Positions 20,270 through 32,076 of a DNA stretch of 64,000 bases are shown piece by piece (within the stretch, counting starts at the first letter, position 1; every line of letters starts with the position of its first letter). The position numbers and the translations under genes were made by a program. The stretch spans positions 86,021 to 150,020 of the forward strand of contig CAWANF010000015.1 of NCBI GenBank assembly GCA_963783355.1, in the 5' to 3' direction. The notes under the pieces are model-generated. The model saw nothing but the letters and a program-made list of their open reading frames with translations. It was not told where the DNA came from and did not search any database. This DNA is from an uncultured bacterium. GTDB taxonomy: Bacteria > Bacteroidota > Rhodothermia > Balneolales > DATFMH01.

Positions 20270-23200
20270 ATGAACGACATCAGAGCCGGAAAGACCATTC
20301 AATCTCTCAAATCCGAATTACAAAAAAGAATTTTAGTCCTCGACGGTGCCATGGGCACCATGATTCAATCCTATCAATTATCTGAAAATGAATTCCGGGG
20401 AACAATATTTAAAAATCATTCCAAAGAATTGCGGGGCAATAATGATCTGTTATGCCTTACCCAACCCCAGATCATTTCCGAAATACACGAAGCATTTCTT
20501 GAAGCCGGGGCAGATATTATTGAGACCAATACATTCAACGCCAACCCGGTCTCACAGTCCGATTATCAATTGGAATCTCTTGTTTACGATATTAATCGGG
20601 CCGCGGCAAAATTAGCCAGGAAAGCGGCTGATACGTACACTCAAAAGACCCCGGAAAAACCACGTTATGTAGCCGGCTCTATAGGCCCGACCAACAGAAC
20701 GCTTTCAATGTCGCCGAATGTAAATAATCCCGGTTATCGGGCCATCACGTTCGATCAATTAGTTGAGGCCTATACCGAGCAGGTCAGGGGGCTTATCGAC
20801 GGCGGATGCGATCTTTTGCTTGTTGAAACCGTGTTCGACACACTGAATTGCAAAGCGGCGATCTTCGCTATTCAGCAATACGGATCAAAAGTCGGTATCG
20901 AAATTCCGGTGATGCTTTCCGGTACCATCGTGGATCAAAGCGGACGCACGTTATCGGGCCAAACGACGGAAGCCTTTTGGATTTCCATCGCTCATACCCG
21001 GAATCTTGTGAGCGTCGGGCTCAATTGCTCCCTGGGCTCCGAACAAATGCGCCCGTTTATCGAGGAGATGTCACGCATTGCGACCTGCCCGATCAGTTTA
21101 TATCCAAATGCCGGCCTGCCAAATGAATTCGGAGAATATGACGAAACGGCCGATTTCATGTCGGAGCAGATTAACCGGTACTGCAAAGATGGTTTTCTCA
21201 ACATTGCCGGTGGCTGTTGCGGAACAACCCCGGAACACATCAGGGCAATGGTTGACGCGGTCAGTAAATGCAAACCGCGAAAAATTCCAAAATCGGAGCC
21301 CTATCTCCGCTTGAGCGGACTGGAACCGCTGGTCGTTCGTCCTGATACTAATTTTATAAATATAGGCGAGCGTACCAATGTTGCGGGATCTAAAAAATTC
21401 GCCCGGCTGATTCTGAATGAAGAATATGAAGAGGCTTTGTCGGTGGCACGTCAGCAGGTTGAAAACGGGGCCCAAATCATCGATATCAATATGGACGAAG
21501 GCATGCTCGATTCGGAACATGCCATGGTTACTTTTCTGAATCTGATTGCCGCTGAACCGGACATTTCCCGTGTACCAATCATGATCGACTCATCCAAATG
21601 GTCGGTTATCGAATCCGGACTGAAGTGCACACAGGGCAAATGCGTGGTCAATTCCATCAGTCTGAAAGAAGGCGAAGAAATCTTTCTTGAACATGCCCGT
21701 AAAGTCCGGGATTTCGGGGCCGCGGTCGTAGTCATGGCCTTCGATGAAAAGGGCCAGGCCGATTCCCTGGAACGCCGCATGGAAATCTGTAAACGCTCCT
21801 ATGATCTGCTCACTCAAAAAGTGGGTTTTGCTCCCCAGGACATCATTCTGGATCCAAATATTCTGACCATTGCCACCGGCATCGAAGAACATAATAATTA
21901 CGCTATCGATTTCCTGAAAACGACCGAGTGGATTAAGAAAAACCTGCCATTAGCTAAAGTGAGTGGAGGCCTGAGCAACATTTCCTTTTCTTTTCGCGGC
22001 AACAACCCTGTTCGTGAAGCCATGCATTCCTCATTTTTATATCACGGCATCAAAGCCGGACTGGATATGGCCATTGTCAATGCCGGACAATTGGAAGTAT
22101 ATGAAGAAATTCAGCCCGATTTACTGGAACTTGTTGAGGATGTGATTTTTAATCGACGTACTGATGCCACAGAACGCCTGGTGGATTTCGCTGAAAAAAT
22201 TAAAGACAACGGACAAAAAGAGCAGAAAAAAGACGAATGGCGGAATGGTACGGTCGAAGAACGCCTGAGTCACGCTCTTGTGAAAGGTATTTTGGATTAT
22301 ATCATTGAAGATACCGAAGAAGCCCGTCTCCAATACGATGATCCGCTGCACGTCATCGAGGGACCTTTAATGGATGGAATGAACGTTGTGGGCGATTTAT
22401 TCGGATCCGGGAAAATGTTTTTGCCGCAGGTCGTTAAAAGCGCCCGGGTGATGAAAAAATCCGTGGCTCATCTTCTGCCCTTCATTGAGGCCAATAAAAT
22501 AGCGGCCGGTGATACGTCCGCCGTTGCCAAAGTGATGCTGGCTACGGTCAAAGGGGATGTTCATGATATCGGGAAAAATATCGTTGGTGTGGTGCTGGCA
22601 TGCAATAATTACGATGTCGTCGATTTGGGAGTCATGGTTCCGGCTAATAAAATCCTGGAAGAAGCCCGAAAACAAAAAGCGGACATTATCGGGCTGAGCG
22701 GACTCATCACTCCTTCTCTTGATGAAATGGCCCATGTTGCTTCGGAAATGACAAGAGAAGGATTTGATATTCCATTATTGATTGGCGGAGCGACGACATC
22801 ACGGCTTCACACTGCGGTTAAAATCGCTCCAAAATACAAGGGAACCACCGTTCACGTTCTCGATGCATCAAGAAGTGTCACGGTGGTTAGCAAATTGATT
22901 TCCAAAGAATTGCGAAAACCGTTTGAACAAGAGATCGCCAGTGAGTATGCAGATCTTCGTGAAAAACAGAAAAAGAAAACACAGAAAAAGACTTATTTAA
23001 ATATTGAAAAAGCCAGGGAAAACAAGACCGAAATAACCTGGGATTCGAAGGACATTAAAAAACCAGATCATCCCGGGATCACGGTTTTCAAATCTGTTGA
23101 TCTTGCTGAAGTCCGTAAATATATCGACTGGAATCCGTTTTTTATCGCCTGGCAGCTGACCGGTAAATATCCTCAGATTTTTGAGGACGAAACAGTAGGA

Positions 23201-23984
23201 ACAGAGGCAAAAAAATTATTCGATGATGCAACAAAACTCCTCGATAAAATTACTAAAGAAAAATTACTGCAGGCGAAAGCGGTAATCGGGTTGTTTCCTG
23301 CCAGCGCCGTTGGTGACACAATTGAAGTATATACCGATGAAAATCGTGACCAAATCCGGGCAAAATTTCACATGCTGCGCCAACAAGCTCAAAAACGTAG
23401 GGGACAACCCAATAAATCGCTGGCGGATTTTATTGCTCCGAAAGAAACGGGCATTCCTGATTATATCGGTGGATTTGCAGTAACGGCCGGACTTGGAATA
23501 GAAAATCTGATTGATAAATTCGAAAAGGATCATGATGATTATAACAAAATCATGATTAAGGCCCTGGCCGATCGTTTAGCTGAAGCATTAGCTGAAATGA
23601 TGCACGAAAAGGTTCGGAAAGAGTACTGGGGATATGCTGCGAATGAAGATTTAAAAAATGATGAATTAATTATCAGAATCATATACTGGTATTCGTCCGG
23701 CGCCGGGATATCCTGCCAATCCCGATCATACGGAAAAAGAAACATTGTTTAAATTGTTAAATGCCGAAAAAAATACGTGCATCCATTTAACGGAAAATTT
23801 TGCTATGTACCCGGCGGCATCAGTCAGCGGACTCTATTTCGCACATCCCCAGGCCGATTATTTTTCAGTAGGGAAGATTAGCAAAGATCAGGTCGTTGAT
23901 TATCAGAAAAGAAAAGAAATGTCTCTTAATGAAATAGAGAAATGGTTGTCTCCTATCCTAAATTATGAACCGAATCAAAGCTAA
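20270..23984 (+). CDS. metH: Cobalamin-dependent methionine synthase, with a +1 frameshift near 23672
   Basis: [39 protein letters not shown]. After the shift the frame reads [22 protein letters not shown]...[13 protein letters not shown]. Span is 3n+1. Confidence 0.93.
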
Positions 23985-24234
23985 AACAATGAATTTTTAT
24001 ATCTTTTGTGCAACCACTTAATAAAACGTATTATATTGCGTTACATAAATTATTAATTGGTCATATTAGAATATATCAAAAGATGTTCATTGGACTCTTG
24101 TCTTTGCAAAAATTTAATTTAATTTAATTTTAAAGTAACTTGGCTTTGATGTTTTTCCAGAACATAGATTTTAAAAAGCTTTCGATGCTCGACTATTCAG
24201 AATTACTTTCCTGACATGACGCAGAGCGTGTTTT

Positions 24235-25938
24235 ATGAATAATAAATTTTCATTTCGCTGGGTCTTATTTGGTATCGGCCTGATTGCCATCATCGGGTTG
24301 ACGGGCATGAATGTTTATTCATTATACGAATTACATGAAAATTCTATCACGACCTCCTACGAAAATCAAAAAGATCAAATCTCCGAATTAGCTTCACAGG
24401 TACGTAATCGTTTTTTGGTTGTTTCCCGTAACATTTGGAAAATCAATACGGAAACCCTTCAGGACGCCATCGACAAGAACAAATCATTTCCAAAACCATT
24501 TTTAAAATTTTTGGCTCAAACAGCTAAAGATTCACTTTATAGTGCTATCTATTTTTCATTCCCTGATTCAAAAGCCTGTGATGTTCATGGCCCATTGCTC
24601 AAGTACGAACCTGTAAAAAATGCCATGGTCAGCGATACCAATTATCCCGATTTGGTCTGCGATGGAGTCGGTTTGGCCCGTACGCGCATGAAAGTGTTGG
24701 TTAAGGATTATCAATTTCCTACAAAAACCCTCTTCGATACCAACCGAAGCATGACAATTACGATAATAAATACCAAAAATCACTCTGTAATCGGTTATCT
24801 CTGCCTGGTCATTAATAATGATTACCTGATCAATGATTATTTACAACCCCTGCTGGTTAAGACATTTGGAGGTAATAATTCCCATGGTATCACCGTGTGG
24901 GTACACGATTGGGTTAAAAATGAAGTGCTGACTTCTAATAATCCAAAAGTTCAATTTGATCGAAAAAGGGTACATATCATTGAACAATTCCCGGATCTTT
25001 TAAATAACTGGAACCTGATGGTAGCTTTTGATGAACTTCCTTCAGTTGCCGCCTCACGGGCTCAGTTTGCACGAAATCTAACCGCATTGGGTGCGGCCGT
25101 ACTCTTATTGCTCGGAAGCCTGGTTTTCATCTTTCTTACGGCTCAAAAAGAACGCGATCTGGCTTTGCGTCAATCAGGTTTTCTTGCTAATGTTACCCAT
25201 GAACTTAAAACACCTTTATCTGTGATGCAGGCTGCTGGTGAAAACCTGGCAGACGGCCGTGTTAAGGATCCGGAACGTTTGATCTCTTATGGTAAACATA
25301 TTTACAACGAGTCGGTCCGCCTGAGGCGAATGATTGAGAAGTTATTGGATGTCGCCAAATACGACTCCGGTCAAATGATGGCCAAACCCAAACCAAACTA
25401 TTTGAATAAATTAGTAAAAGATTATATTGATAATCATCGGAACTATATCGAGAGCAATAATTTTACATTAAAAGTTCAAATAGACAATTCTGTATCGATG
25501 GTAAAGATTGATACAGAAACATTCGATAATATATTGGGTAATCTTATTGAAAATGCCATTAAATACAGTCATGATGAAAAATATATTGGTGTGACGGTTA
25601 GGCAGGATCACCGGGAAGTCATTATCGATGTGGAAGATCACGGTTTAGGAATTCCTCACAAGGCACAAAAGCATATTTTTGATAAGTTTTACAGAGTAGA
25701 AGACAGTCTGACGGCTAATTCAAAAGGCCATGGACTCGGTTTATCTATCGTTCAAAATATGATGAATATGAATGGCGGATATATCACTCTGAAAAGTCAG
25801 TATCGCAAAGGTTCAAAATTTTCATTACACTTCCCTGTTCTTACGAATAGTGAAGCAAAAAAAATGGGCTTGCAAAACAACGAGTCCACTAAAGCTATAA
25901 CTAAAGAAAGCGATTCAAACTATGTCGTTCACGGATAA
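24235..25938 (+). CDS. Membrane sensor histidine kinase
   Basis: Two TM segments, H-box NVTHELKTPL, N-box NLIENAIKYS, D-G-G, F-box, GHGLGL. Confidence 0.93.
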   Translation: MNNKFSFRWVLFGIGLIAIIGLTGMNVYSLYELHENSITTSYENQKDQISELASQVRNRFLVVSRNIWKINTETLQDAIDKNKSFPKPFLKFLAQTAKDSLYSAIYFSFPDSKACDVHGPLLKYEPVKNAMVSDTNYPDLVCDGVGLARTRMKVLVKDYQFPTKTLFDTNRSMTITIINTKNHSVIGYLCLVINNDYLINDYLQPLLVKTFGGNNSHGITVWVHDWVKNEVLTSNNPKVQFDRKRVHIIEQFPDLLNNWNLMVAFDELPSVAASRAQFARNLTALGAAVLLLLGSLVFIFLTAQKERDLALRQSGFLANVTHELKTPLSVMQAAGENLADGRVKDPERLISYGKHIYNESVRLRRMIEKLLDVAKYDSGQMMAKPKPNYLNKLVKDYIDNHRNYIESNNFTLKVQIDNSVSMVKIDTETFDNILGNLIENAIKYSHDEKYIGVTVRQDHREVIIDVEDHGLGIPHKAQKHIFDKFYRVEDSLTANSKGHGLGLSIVQNMMNMNGGYITLKSQYRKGSKFSLHFPVLTNSEAKKMGLQNNESTKAITKESDSNYVVHG

Positions 25939-26623
25939 AAACATACTCATCGTTGAAGATGAACCAAGCCTGATCTTTACTCTTCGCGACACCCTTGAAA
26001 ATGAAGGCTACATCGTTCATGTACGGGAGAAAGGACAGGAAGCCCTTGATTTCATCAAGGAGAAAACACCTGACCTCATGATATTGGACATTATGCTTCC
26101 GTCCATGAGCGGTTACGAAGTTTGCAAACAGATTCGTGAAGAGAAATATACTTTTCCGATAATCATGCTCACGGCCAGAGATCAGGAAATAGATAAAGTG
26201 ACGGGTTTAAATATTGGCGCCGACGACTATATCACGAAGCCTTTTGGAGTCAAAGAATTGCTGGCACGTATCCAGGCCCGCCTGCGCCGCGCTAATTCGT
26301 ATTCCAAATCAGGTCCTATAGATGTCGTTACTCTGGGACCGGTACGGATTGAGCTCAACGACTCCGTGGTTCTGCGTCCCGATGATGATGTCGAATTGAC
26401 AACCCGTGAAGTTGAATTGATTCGTTATCTTGTTTCCCACGCCAATGAACCGGTTTCGAGAGACGATTTACTGGAAAATGTCTGGAGGTATGAATACAGT
26501 ACCAATACACGAACGGTAGATGTTCATATATCTAAACTTCGTTCTAAAATTGAACTAAAACCAGACGATCCACAATACCTGGTTACCCTGCATGGTGTAG
26601 GATACATGCTCAAATTAAATTAA
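25922..26623 (+). CDS. OmpR-family response regulator
   Basis: ILIVEDE, LDIMLP, GADDYITKPF, wHTH RTVDVHISKLR. Confidence 0.95.
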   Translation: MSFTDKNILIVEDEPSLIFTLRDTLENEGYIVHVREKGQEALDFIKEKTPDLMILDIMLPSMSGYEVCKQIREEKYTFPIIMLTARDQEIDKVTGLNIGADDYITKPFGVKELLARIQARLRRANSYSKSGPIDVVTLGPVRIELNDSVVLRPDDDVELTTREVELIRYLVSHANEPVSRDDLLENVWRYEYSTNTRTVDVHISKLRSKIELKPDDPQYLVTLHGVGYMLKLN

Positions 26624-26634
26624 GTTATTTTTTC

Positions 26635-26667
26635 AGGGTTCACATTTCATTATGTGAACCCTTTTTT
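26635..26667 (+). terminator. Intrinsic terminator
   Basis: AGGGTTCACAT-ttcatt-ATGTGAACCCTTTTTT. Confidence 0.85.
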
Positions 26668-27469
26668 GTTTTCGAATACGACTATTCATAATCTCTTCGC
26701 AGTAAAACTTCTCATCAAACATTACTGTCCCGGCTTCTATAAATCTGCAAAAAAGGATCCTAAACTGTTGAACCGCTTGATTCTTTTTTCATCAACCCCT
26801 CACCATTTTCACTCCTGAGATAATAACCTGAACACGGGAATATTCCTTTACTATAATCATCGTCACTGCACAATAATTATTTATGCTATTACATCCATTT
26901 TATTAATTTTTATCCGCCAAATAGCATTGTAATAAAAATATTTTTAGCATTTATAATTTTTTTTCCTAAATAAAAGCGCTTTTTAATTAATAATAACTTA
27001 ATAAATAAATTAATTTACCATATATACGTAATTTATTATTGACTTTTGGAAATAAAGCATTAAATTTTACGTCAGATAAAACGAAATACCTTAAGTATTT
27101 ATTGACAATAGGATTATCAATTAGACTTTTTAGTCGACAAATAAAATAAAACGTATCGGGTTTAATTTTTTGGGAGTGGACATGAAATCAGCAAAAAATA
27201 TTTTTATAAAAGAGGATTTAAGAACAGAAGAAATTGACATGACAGGAATTGTTTCAATTACATACAATTCATATAAAGAATTTTACCTGGCCCCTGAATT
27301 GGGGCGAACTGATTTTTTGTTTCTCACAAAACACAAAAATAAAACGAGCTGTTCATCAGAAAGAAATTGCGAACAGAGTGCTGCTCTGGCAGTATCTCTT
27401 TCCTCAATCTCCCATCCTGCAAATCCTTAATTGATTTGCGACACTTAACAACACATACAGCCGATACAT

Positions 27470-27511
27470 ACCGGGATTTCTCTTGAATGCGGGAGATCCC
27501 GGTTTCTTCTC
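27470..27511 (+). terminator. Terminator-like hairpin in the glnK leader
   Basis: 13-bp stem ACCGGGATTTCTC/GGGAGATCCCGGT followed by TTCTTCTC, about 80 nt before glnK. Confidence 0.55.
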
Positions 27512-27584
27512 AATAATTAAAACCGCAACTCTAAAAATAGTCTCTTCTCACTAGCTGTCTATAAACTAAAACTATACTTGCTTT

Positions 27585-27923
27585 ATGAAAAAAGTAGAAG
27601 CAATCATACGGACTTCAAAATTTGAAGAAGTTCATACAGAACTAAAACAAATCGGTATCGGATTCATGACCTTTATGGATGTAAAGGGATTTGGATTGGA
27701 ACACAGCGCAACGCAAATGTATCGTGGCGCCACGGTTGAGATTGGATTCATTCCACGAATGCTTCTGGATATCGTCATACCTGACGATCGTCTCAACGAC
27801 TTAATTGACTGCCTGATGAAATCAGCATCAACAGGCGATGTTGGTGACGGAAAAATATTTGTCTATGACGTCTCTGAAGCCTATCGCATACGCAATGGCG
27901 AACGTGATGATAACGCGTTGTAA
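27585..27923 (+). CDS. glnK: P-II nitrogen regulatory protein
   Basis: 112 aa; VKGFG, YRG, TGDVGDGKIFV, RIRNGE; adjacent to amtB. Confidence 0.93.
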   Translation: MKKVEAIIRTSKFEEVHTELKQIGIGFMTFMDVKGFGLEHSATQMYRGATVEIGFIPRMLLDIVIPDDRLNDLIDCLMKSASTGDVGDGKIFVYDVSEAYRIRNGERDDNAL

Positions 27924-27999
27924 ACGACCCTGAAAATATGGGTTGAAAAAAACTGACTGACCTAACTTTGACTCTCTTTAATAAAAAATAAAAAACATT

Positions 28000-29574
28000 A
28001 TGGGAACTAATGCGATTAAAAAACATTTTCCATCAAGCCTGTTTTCAATATTAATAGTCATATTTTTATTGATGACGGCTGCTCCACCTACAACATATGC
28101 ACAGGCGCAAGCTGATCCGACAGGGGCACACACCGGTACGATAAACGATGTGCCTGCGGCTACGGCTGGAAAACCGACACTTACGGAACTCGGTAATGCC
28201 GTTGGCCACAATATGATTTCTATAAACCTGGTCTGGACTCTGATTGCCGGATTCCTTGTCATGTTCATGCAAGCCGGTTTTGCAATGGTAGAGGCAGGTT
28301 TTACCAGGGCGAAACACGTAGCACACACCATGAGTATGAACTTCTTCATTTACGTTCTGGGTATCATAGGTTTCTGGATTTGCGGATTCGCACTAATGTT
28401 CGGTGGGGTGGGATCCATCGGCGCCTTAGGTGGAACCCCTGGATTAAACCATGAAATAACCCTTCATTTATTCGGAAAAAGTTTCGGATTATTCGGTGGT
28501 TCCGGATTCTTCCTGAACGGTTCCGTGTATGACGTTGGTATTTTTGCCCTTTTCCTCTTCCAAATGGTCTTCATGGACACCACAGCCACCATTCCAACTG
28601 GAGCTATGGCTGAAAGATGGAAATTCAAAGCTTTTGCGGTTTATGGTCTTTTCATCTCTGCAATCGTATACCCACTCTACGGCAACTGGGTATGGGGAGG
28701 CGGATGGTTATCCGCTTTAGGAACCAACTTTGGTTTAGGACACGGTGTTGTTGATTTTGCCGGATCTTCCGTAGTACATATGGTTGGCGGTGTTGCCGCT
28801 TTGGCTGGTGCCATGGTTATTGGCCCGCGTATAGGAAAATATAATAAAGATGGTTCCGTCAATGCTATTCCGGGACACAACCTCCCAATGGCCATAATAG
28901 GTACATTCATCCTTGCTTTTGGATGGTTCGGTTTCAATCCTGGCTCAACGTTAGCCGGAACCGATCTCCGTATCGCTGTCGTTGCTACGAACACGATGTT
29001 GGCCAGTGCCAGCGGGGCTTTATTCGCGACACTTTACATGTGGATTAAATTCAAAAAGCCGGATCCCAGTATGATGGCTAACGGTATGCTTGCAGGTCTT
29101 GTTGCCATTACGGCTCCCTGTGCATTCGTTAACGCTGAATCAGCTTTCCTTATCGGAGCTATTGCCGGTGTCCTGGTGGTTGCAGCCGTATTCTTCATCG
29201 ACCAAAAATTGAAGATAGATGATCCTGTCGGAGCTATTGCCGTTCACGGTGTAAACGGATTTTGGGGCATCCTTGCTCTTGGCCTTTTCGCCGACGGTAG
29301 CTATGGCGCCGGCTGGAATGGCGTTTCCGGTACCGTAACCGGTTTATTCTATGGCAACCCCGGTCAGTTCGTAGCTGAATTAATCGGTGGTATTGTATGC
29401 TTCGTCTTTGTATTCGCAGTAATGTACGCTTTCTTCAAAATATGCGACAACGTCATGGGTATTCGTGTGAGTGCCGCTGATGAAATTGCCGGTCTTGATA
29501 TTCCGGAAATGGGTGTCCACGGATATGATGAACCCACATCAGTACAAGAATTTATTCCTGCAGCTGAAGCCTAA
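28000..29574 (+). CDS. amtB: Ammonium transporter
   Basis: FMQAGFAMVEAG, DFAGSSVVH, GWFGFNPGS, DDPVGAIAVHG. Confidence 0.96.
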   Translation: MGTNAIKKHFPSSLFSILIVIFLLMTAAPPTTYAQAQADPTGAHTGTINDVPAATAGKPTLTELGNAVGHNMISINLVWTLIAGFLVMFMQAGFAMVEAGFTRAKHVAHTMSMNFFIYVLGIIGFWICGFALMFGGVGSIGALGGTPGLNHEITLHLFGKSFGLFGGSGFFLNGSVYDVGIFALFLFQMVFMDTTATIPTGAMAERWKFKAFAVYGLFISAIVYPLYGNWVWGGGWLSALGTNFGLGHGVVDFAGSSVVHMVGGVAALAGAMVIGPRIGKYNKDGSVNAIPGHNLPMAIIGTFILAFGWFGFNPGSTLAGTDLRIAVVATNTMLASASGALFATLYMWIKFKKPDPSMMANGMLAGLVAITAPCAFVNAESAFLIGAIAGVLVVAAVFFIDQKLKIDDPVGAIAVHGVNGFWGILALGLFADGSYGAGWNGVSGTVTGLFYGNPGQFVAELIGGIVCFVFVFAVMYAFFKICDNVMGIRVSAADEIAGLDIPEMGVHGYDEPTSVQEFIPAAEA

Positions 29575-29900
29575 TATGTCATGGTCAGCAGGTTGTTCTG
29601 TAGACGACTCACTTTATTGTGGGTCGTTTGCAGGACGTAATAATTCTCTTTATTAAAAAATGGAATGGAAAAATTTATTACAAATATCCTTTAACCAATT
29701 AATAATCATTCCTTTGTGCTTTCTTAAATTGCCCTGACCAGGTAATATGAAAGCACAACAATTATACAAATTTTGACTTTTTGTTGGCCAGCTGAAAAGA
29801 AACAACATTTCTTTATTCAACTTGTATACCATCTCTTTGTCTTTTTTCAGGCCCAAAAACTATCAAACAAATAACCATAACCTTTAACACAGGTATTATT

Positions 29901-30647
29901 ATGGACCTCAAAAGCACAAATTTCAAAAATTCATTTTATAAAATATTATTGATCGCAATTTGCCTGTTCTCTGCTAAAAGCGTGATGGCACAGGCTTCCT
30001 TCAGCGCCTCTATGGATATTTACAACCAATATATCTGGAGGGGGTTCAATTTTGGCGATTCTCCTTCGTTACAACCATCGTTCATGTTCGATGATTCTAA
30101 TTTCGAAATTGGAGTTTGGGGAGCTTTCTCTACGATGAGAAATCCAACCTCGGAATCCAAAGCGTATACTGAAACAGATGCTTATGCTTCATATACCATT
30201 CCTACGGCATCATCAGGAAGTTTCAGCCTTGGGATCACAGACTACTTCCTCCCTTATACAAGTACGGGATACTATTTCGATTTCAACAATTATCACGTTT
30301 TCGAAGCTAACCTTGGATATACTGGCCCGAAAAGCTTTCCAATTGGTTTATCAGCCAACATAAATTTTGCAGGAGCGGATAAAAAACATTCAGTCTACTT
30401 ACAGGCTTCTTATCCTATATTAACAGCCGAACTTACTTTAGGATTTATTCCAATGAAAACAGGGTATTACGGCCAGGAAGAAAAGGGATCTTTTCAGGAA
30501 ATGACAAAACCTGGCCTTGTGTTAATTGGTTTCAGCAATACACAAGATGTTAAAATTACTGATAAGTTCAGTCTTCCTGTTAACGGAGCGGTACAAGTAA
30601 ATCCATACACCAAGAATATTTACCTCTTATTCGGTGTAACTATTTAA
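29901..30647 (+). CDS. TorF-like putative porin in the nitrogen operon
   Basis: Signal peptide, YIWRG...P.LQP, ETDAYASY, beta-barrel pattern; downstream of amtB. Confidence 0.7.
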   Translation: MDLKSTNFKNSFYKILLIAICLFSAKSVMAQASFSASMDIYNQYIWRGFNFGDSPSLQPSFMFDDSNFEIGVWGAFSTMRNPTSESKAYTETDAYASYTIPTASSGSFSLGITDYFLPYTSTGYYFDFNNYHVFEANLGYTGPKSFPIGLSANINFAGADKKHSVYLQASYPILTAELTLGFIPMKTGYYGQEEKGSFQEMTKPGLVLIGFSNTQDVKITDKFSLPVNGAVQVNPYTKNIYLLFGVTI

Positions 30648-30702
30648 TCATTCATTGCAATAGAAACGGAAGTGATATGAATTTCACAAAAAGTAGCAGA
30701 GA

Positions 30703-32061
30703 TTATTTATTATCGTCTTTCTCCTGATTCATAATATTTTGTAATCGCTGCCAATAACGTGGTTCATATCCTTCCTTTCCCGCTTCAAACCATTTCTTAT
30801 TTTTCAGGTTGTCAGGTAAATATTGTTGGTATACCCAATGATGCTCAAATGAATGTGGATATTTGTAATCCTCAGAAGCATTTTTCACATCAAGATACTT
30901 CGCTTCCAGTTTATTGGCTGTCTTATCTTTTAAATGGGTAGGAACATTCCCGATTCCCTTTTTCTGAATCTCACTCATTACCGAAAATACAGCGGAGGTA
31001 CTGTTGCTCTTTGGAGCTAAAGCACAAAACAAACAGGCATGAGCTAGAAAATACCAGCCTTCCGGCATCCCGCATTTTGTATAGGCTTCATGCGCCGCAT
31101 TGACGGTTACCAATACCGACGAATCCGCTATACCGATATCTTCAGAAGCAAAAATCATCATTCTCCGGAATATAAAATTCGGGTCTTCGCCGCTTTCAAC
31201 CATGGCCGAAAGCCAGTATAATGCCGCATCCGGATTAGAGCCTCTCATCGATTTTATAAATGCTGATGCATAATGATAATGCTCGTCTCCAGTGGTATCG
31301 TACTTAAACACTCTTTTTTGAAGACACTCCCGGGCTAAATCCAGATCAACACTACGTCGATCGTTCTTATCCGGTTTAGCCGTAACAACAGCTAATTCAA
31401 GGGCATTCAATGCATTGCGGATGTCTCCGCCGGAATATTCAGATAAAAATTTCTTTGCTTCATCCGTAATATCAACATGATATTTTCCCAATCCCCGTTC
31501 TTCATCTTCAAGTGCACGATCAATTAAAAAACTGATTTCATCGATAGTAAAAGGAAATAACTCGAACAACTGGCATCGGGACAATAGTGGTCCGACAAGG
31601 GAATAAAAAGGATTTTCAGTGGTAGCCCCAATCAATGTCAGCAAACCGGATTCCAGGTGAGGCAGTAATCCGTCTTGTTGAGCCTTGTTCCACCGATGAA
31701 TCTCATCAACAAAAAGTATCGTTTTTCGGCTATTTACTTTTTCACGATCCCTTGCCCGCTGAACCACCATTTTCAATTCTTTGACACCATCCAGCACAGC
31801 ATTTAATATTTCAAAATCGGCATTGACTTCACGGGAAATAACGTAAGCCAGCGTGGTCTTTCCGGAACTGGGCGGGCCATAAAATATAACCGATCCAATC
31901 ACACCGCTTTCAATCATACGCCGAAGCAATTTTCCCTTGCCCAAAACATGTTCCTGTCCGGCAAATTCATCCAGATTGCGCGGCCGCATCCTTGTTGCCA
32001 AGGGTTCACGGATTGAAGATTCTTTTGAATTTGTATTCTTTTTTTCCTGAAATAAATCCAT
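30703..32061 (-). CDS. rarA: Replication-associated recombination protein A (MgsA)
   Basis: PLATRMRP, GPPSSGKTT, DEIHRWNKAQQD, GATTENP, SAFIKSMRGS. Confidence 0.95.
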   Translation of the reverse strand: MDLFQEKKNTNSKESSIREPLATRMRPRNLDEFAGQEHVLGKGKLLRRMIESGVIGSVIFYGPPSSGKTTLAYVISREVNADFEILNAVLDGVKELKMVVQRARDREKVNSRKTILFVDEIHRWNKAQQDGLLPHLESGLLTLIGATTENPFYSLVGPLLSRCQLFELFPFTIDEISFLIDRALEDEERGLGKYHVDITDEAKKFLSEYSGGDIRNALNALELAVVTAKPDKNDRRSVDLDLARECLQKRVFKYDTTGDEHYHYASAFIKSMRGSNPDAALYWLSAMVESGEDPNFIFRRMMIFASEDIGIADSSVLVTVNAAHEAYTKCGMPEGWYFLAHACLFCALAPKSNSTSAVFSVMSEIQKKGIGNVPTHLKDKTANKLEAKYLDVKNASEDYKYPHSFEHHWVYQQYLPDNLKNKKWFEAGKEGYEPRYWQRLQNIMNQEKDDNK

Positions 32062-32076
32062 AAAAATAATTTAGAC

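Noticed and set aside
29786-29855. Long imperfect inverted repeat between amtB and the porin gene
   Set aside because: Low-complexity pairing that cannot be distinguished from chance or a simple mRNA stability hairpin
30646-30690. ATCATTCA...ACGGAAGT resemblance to the glnA glutamine riboswitch
   Set aside because: Lies downstream of the operon between convergent genes and lacks the supporting stems
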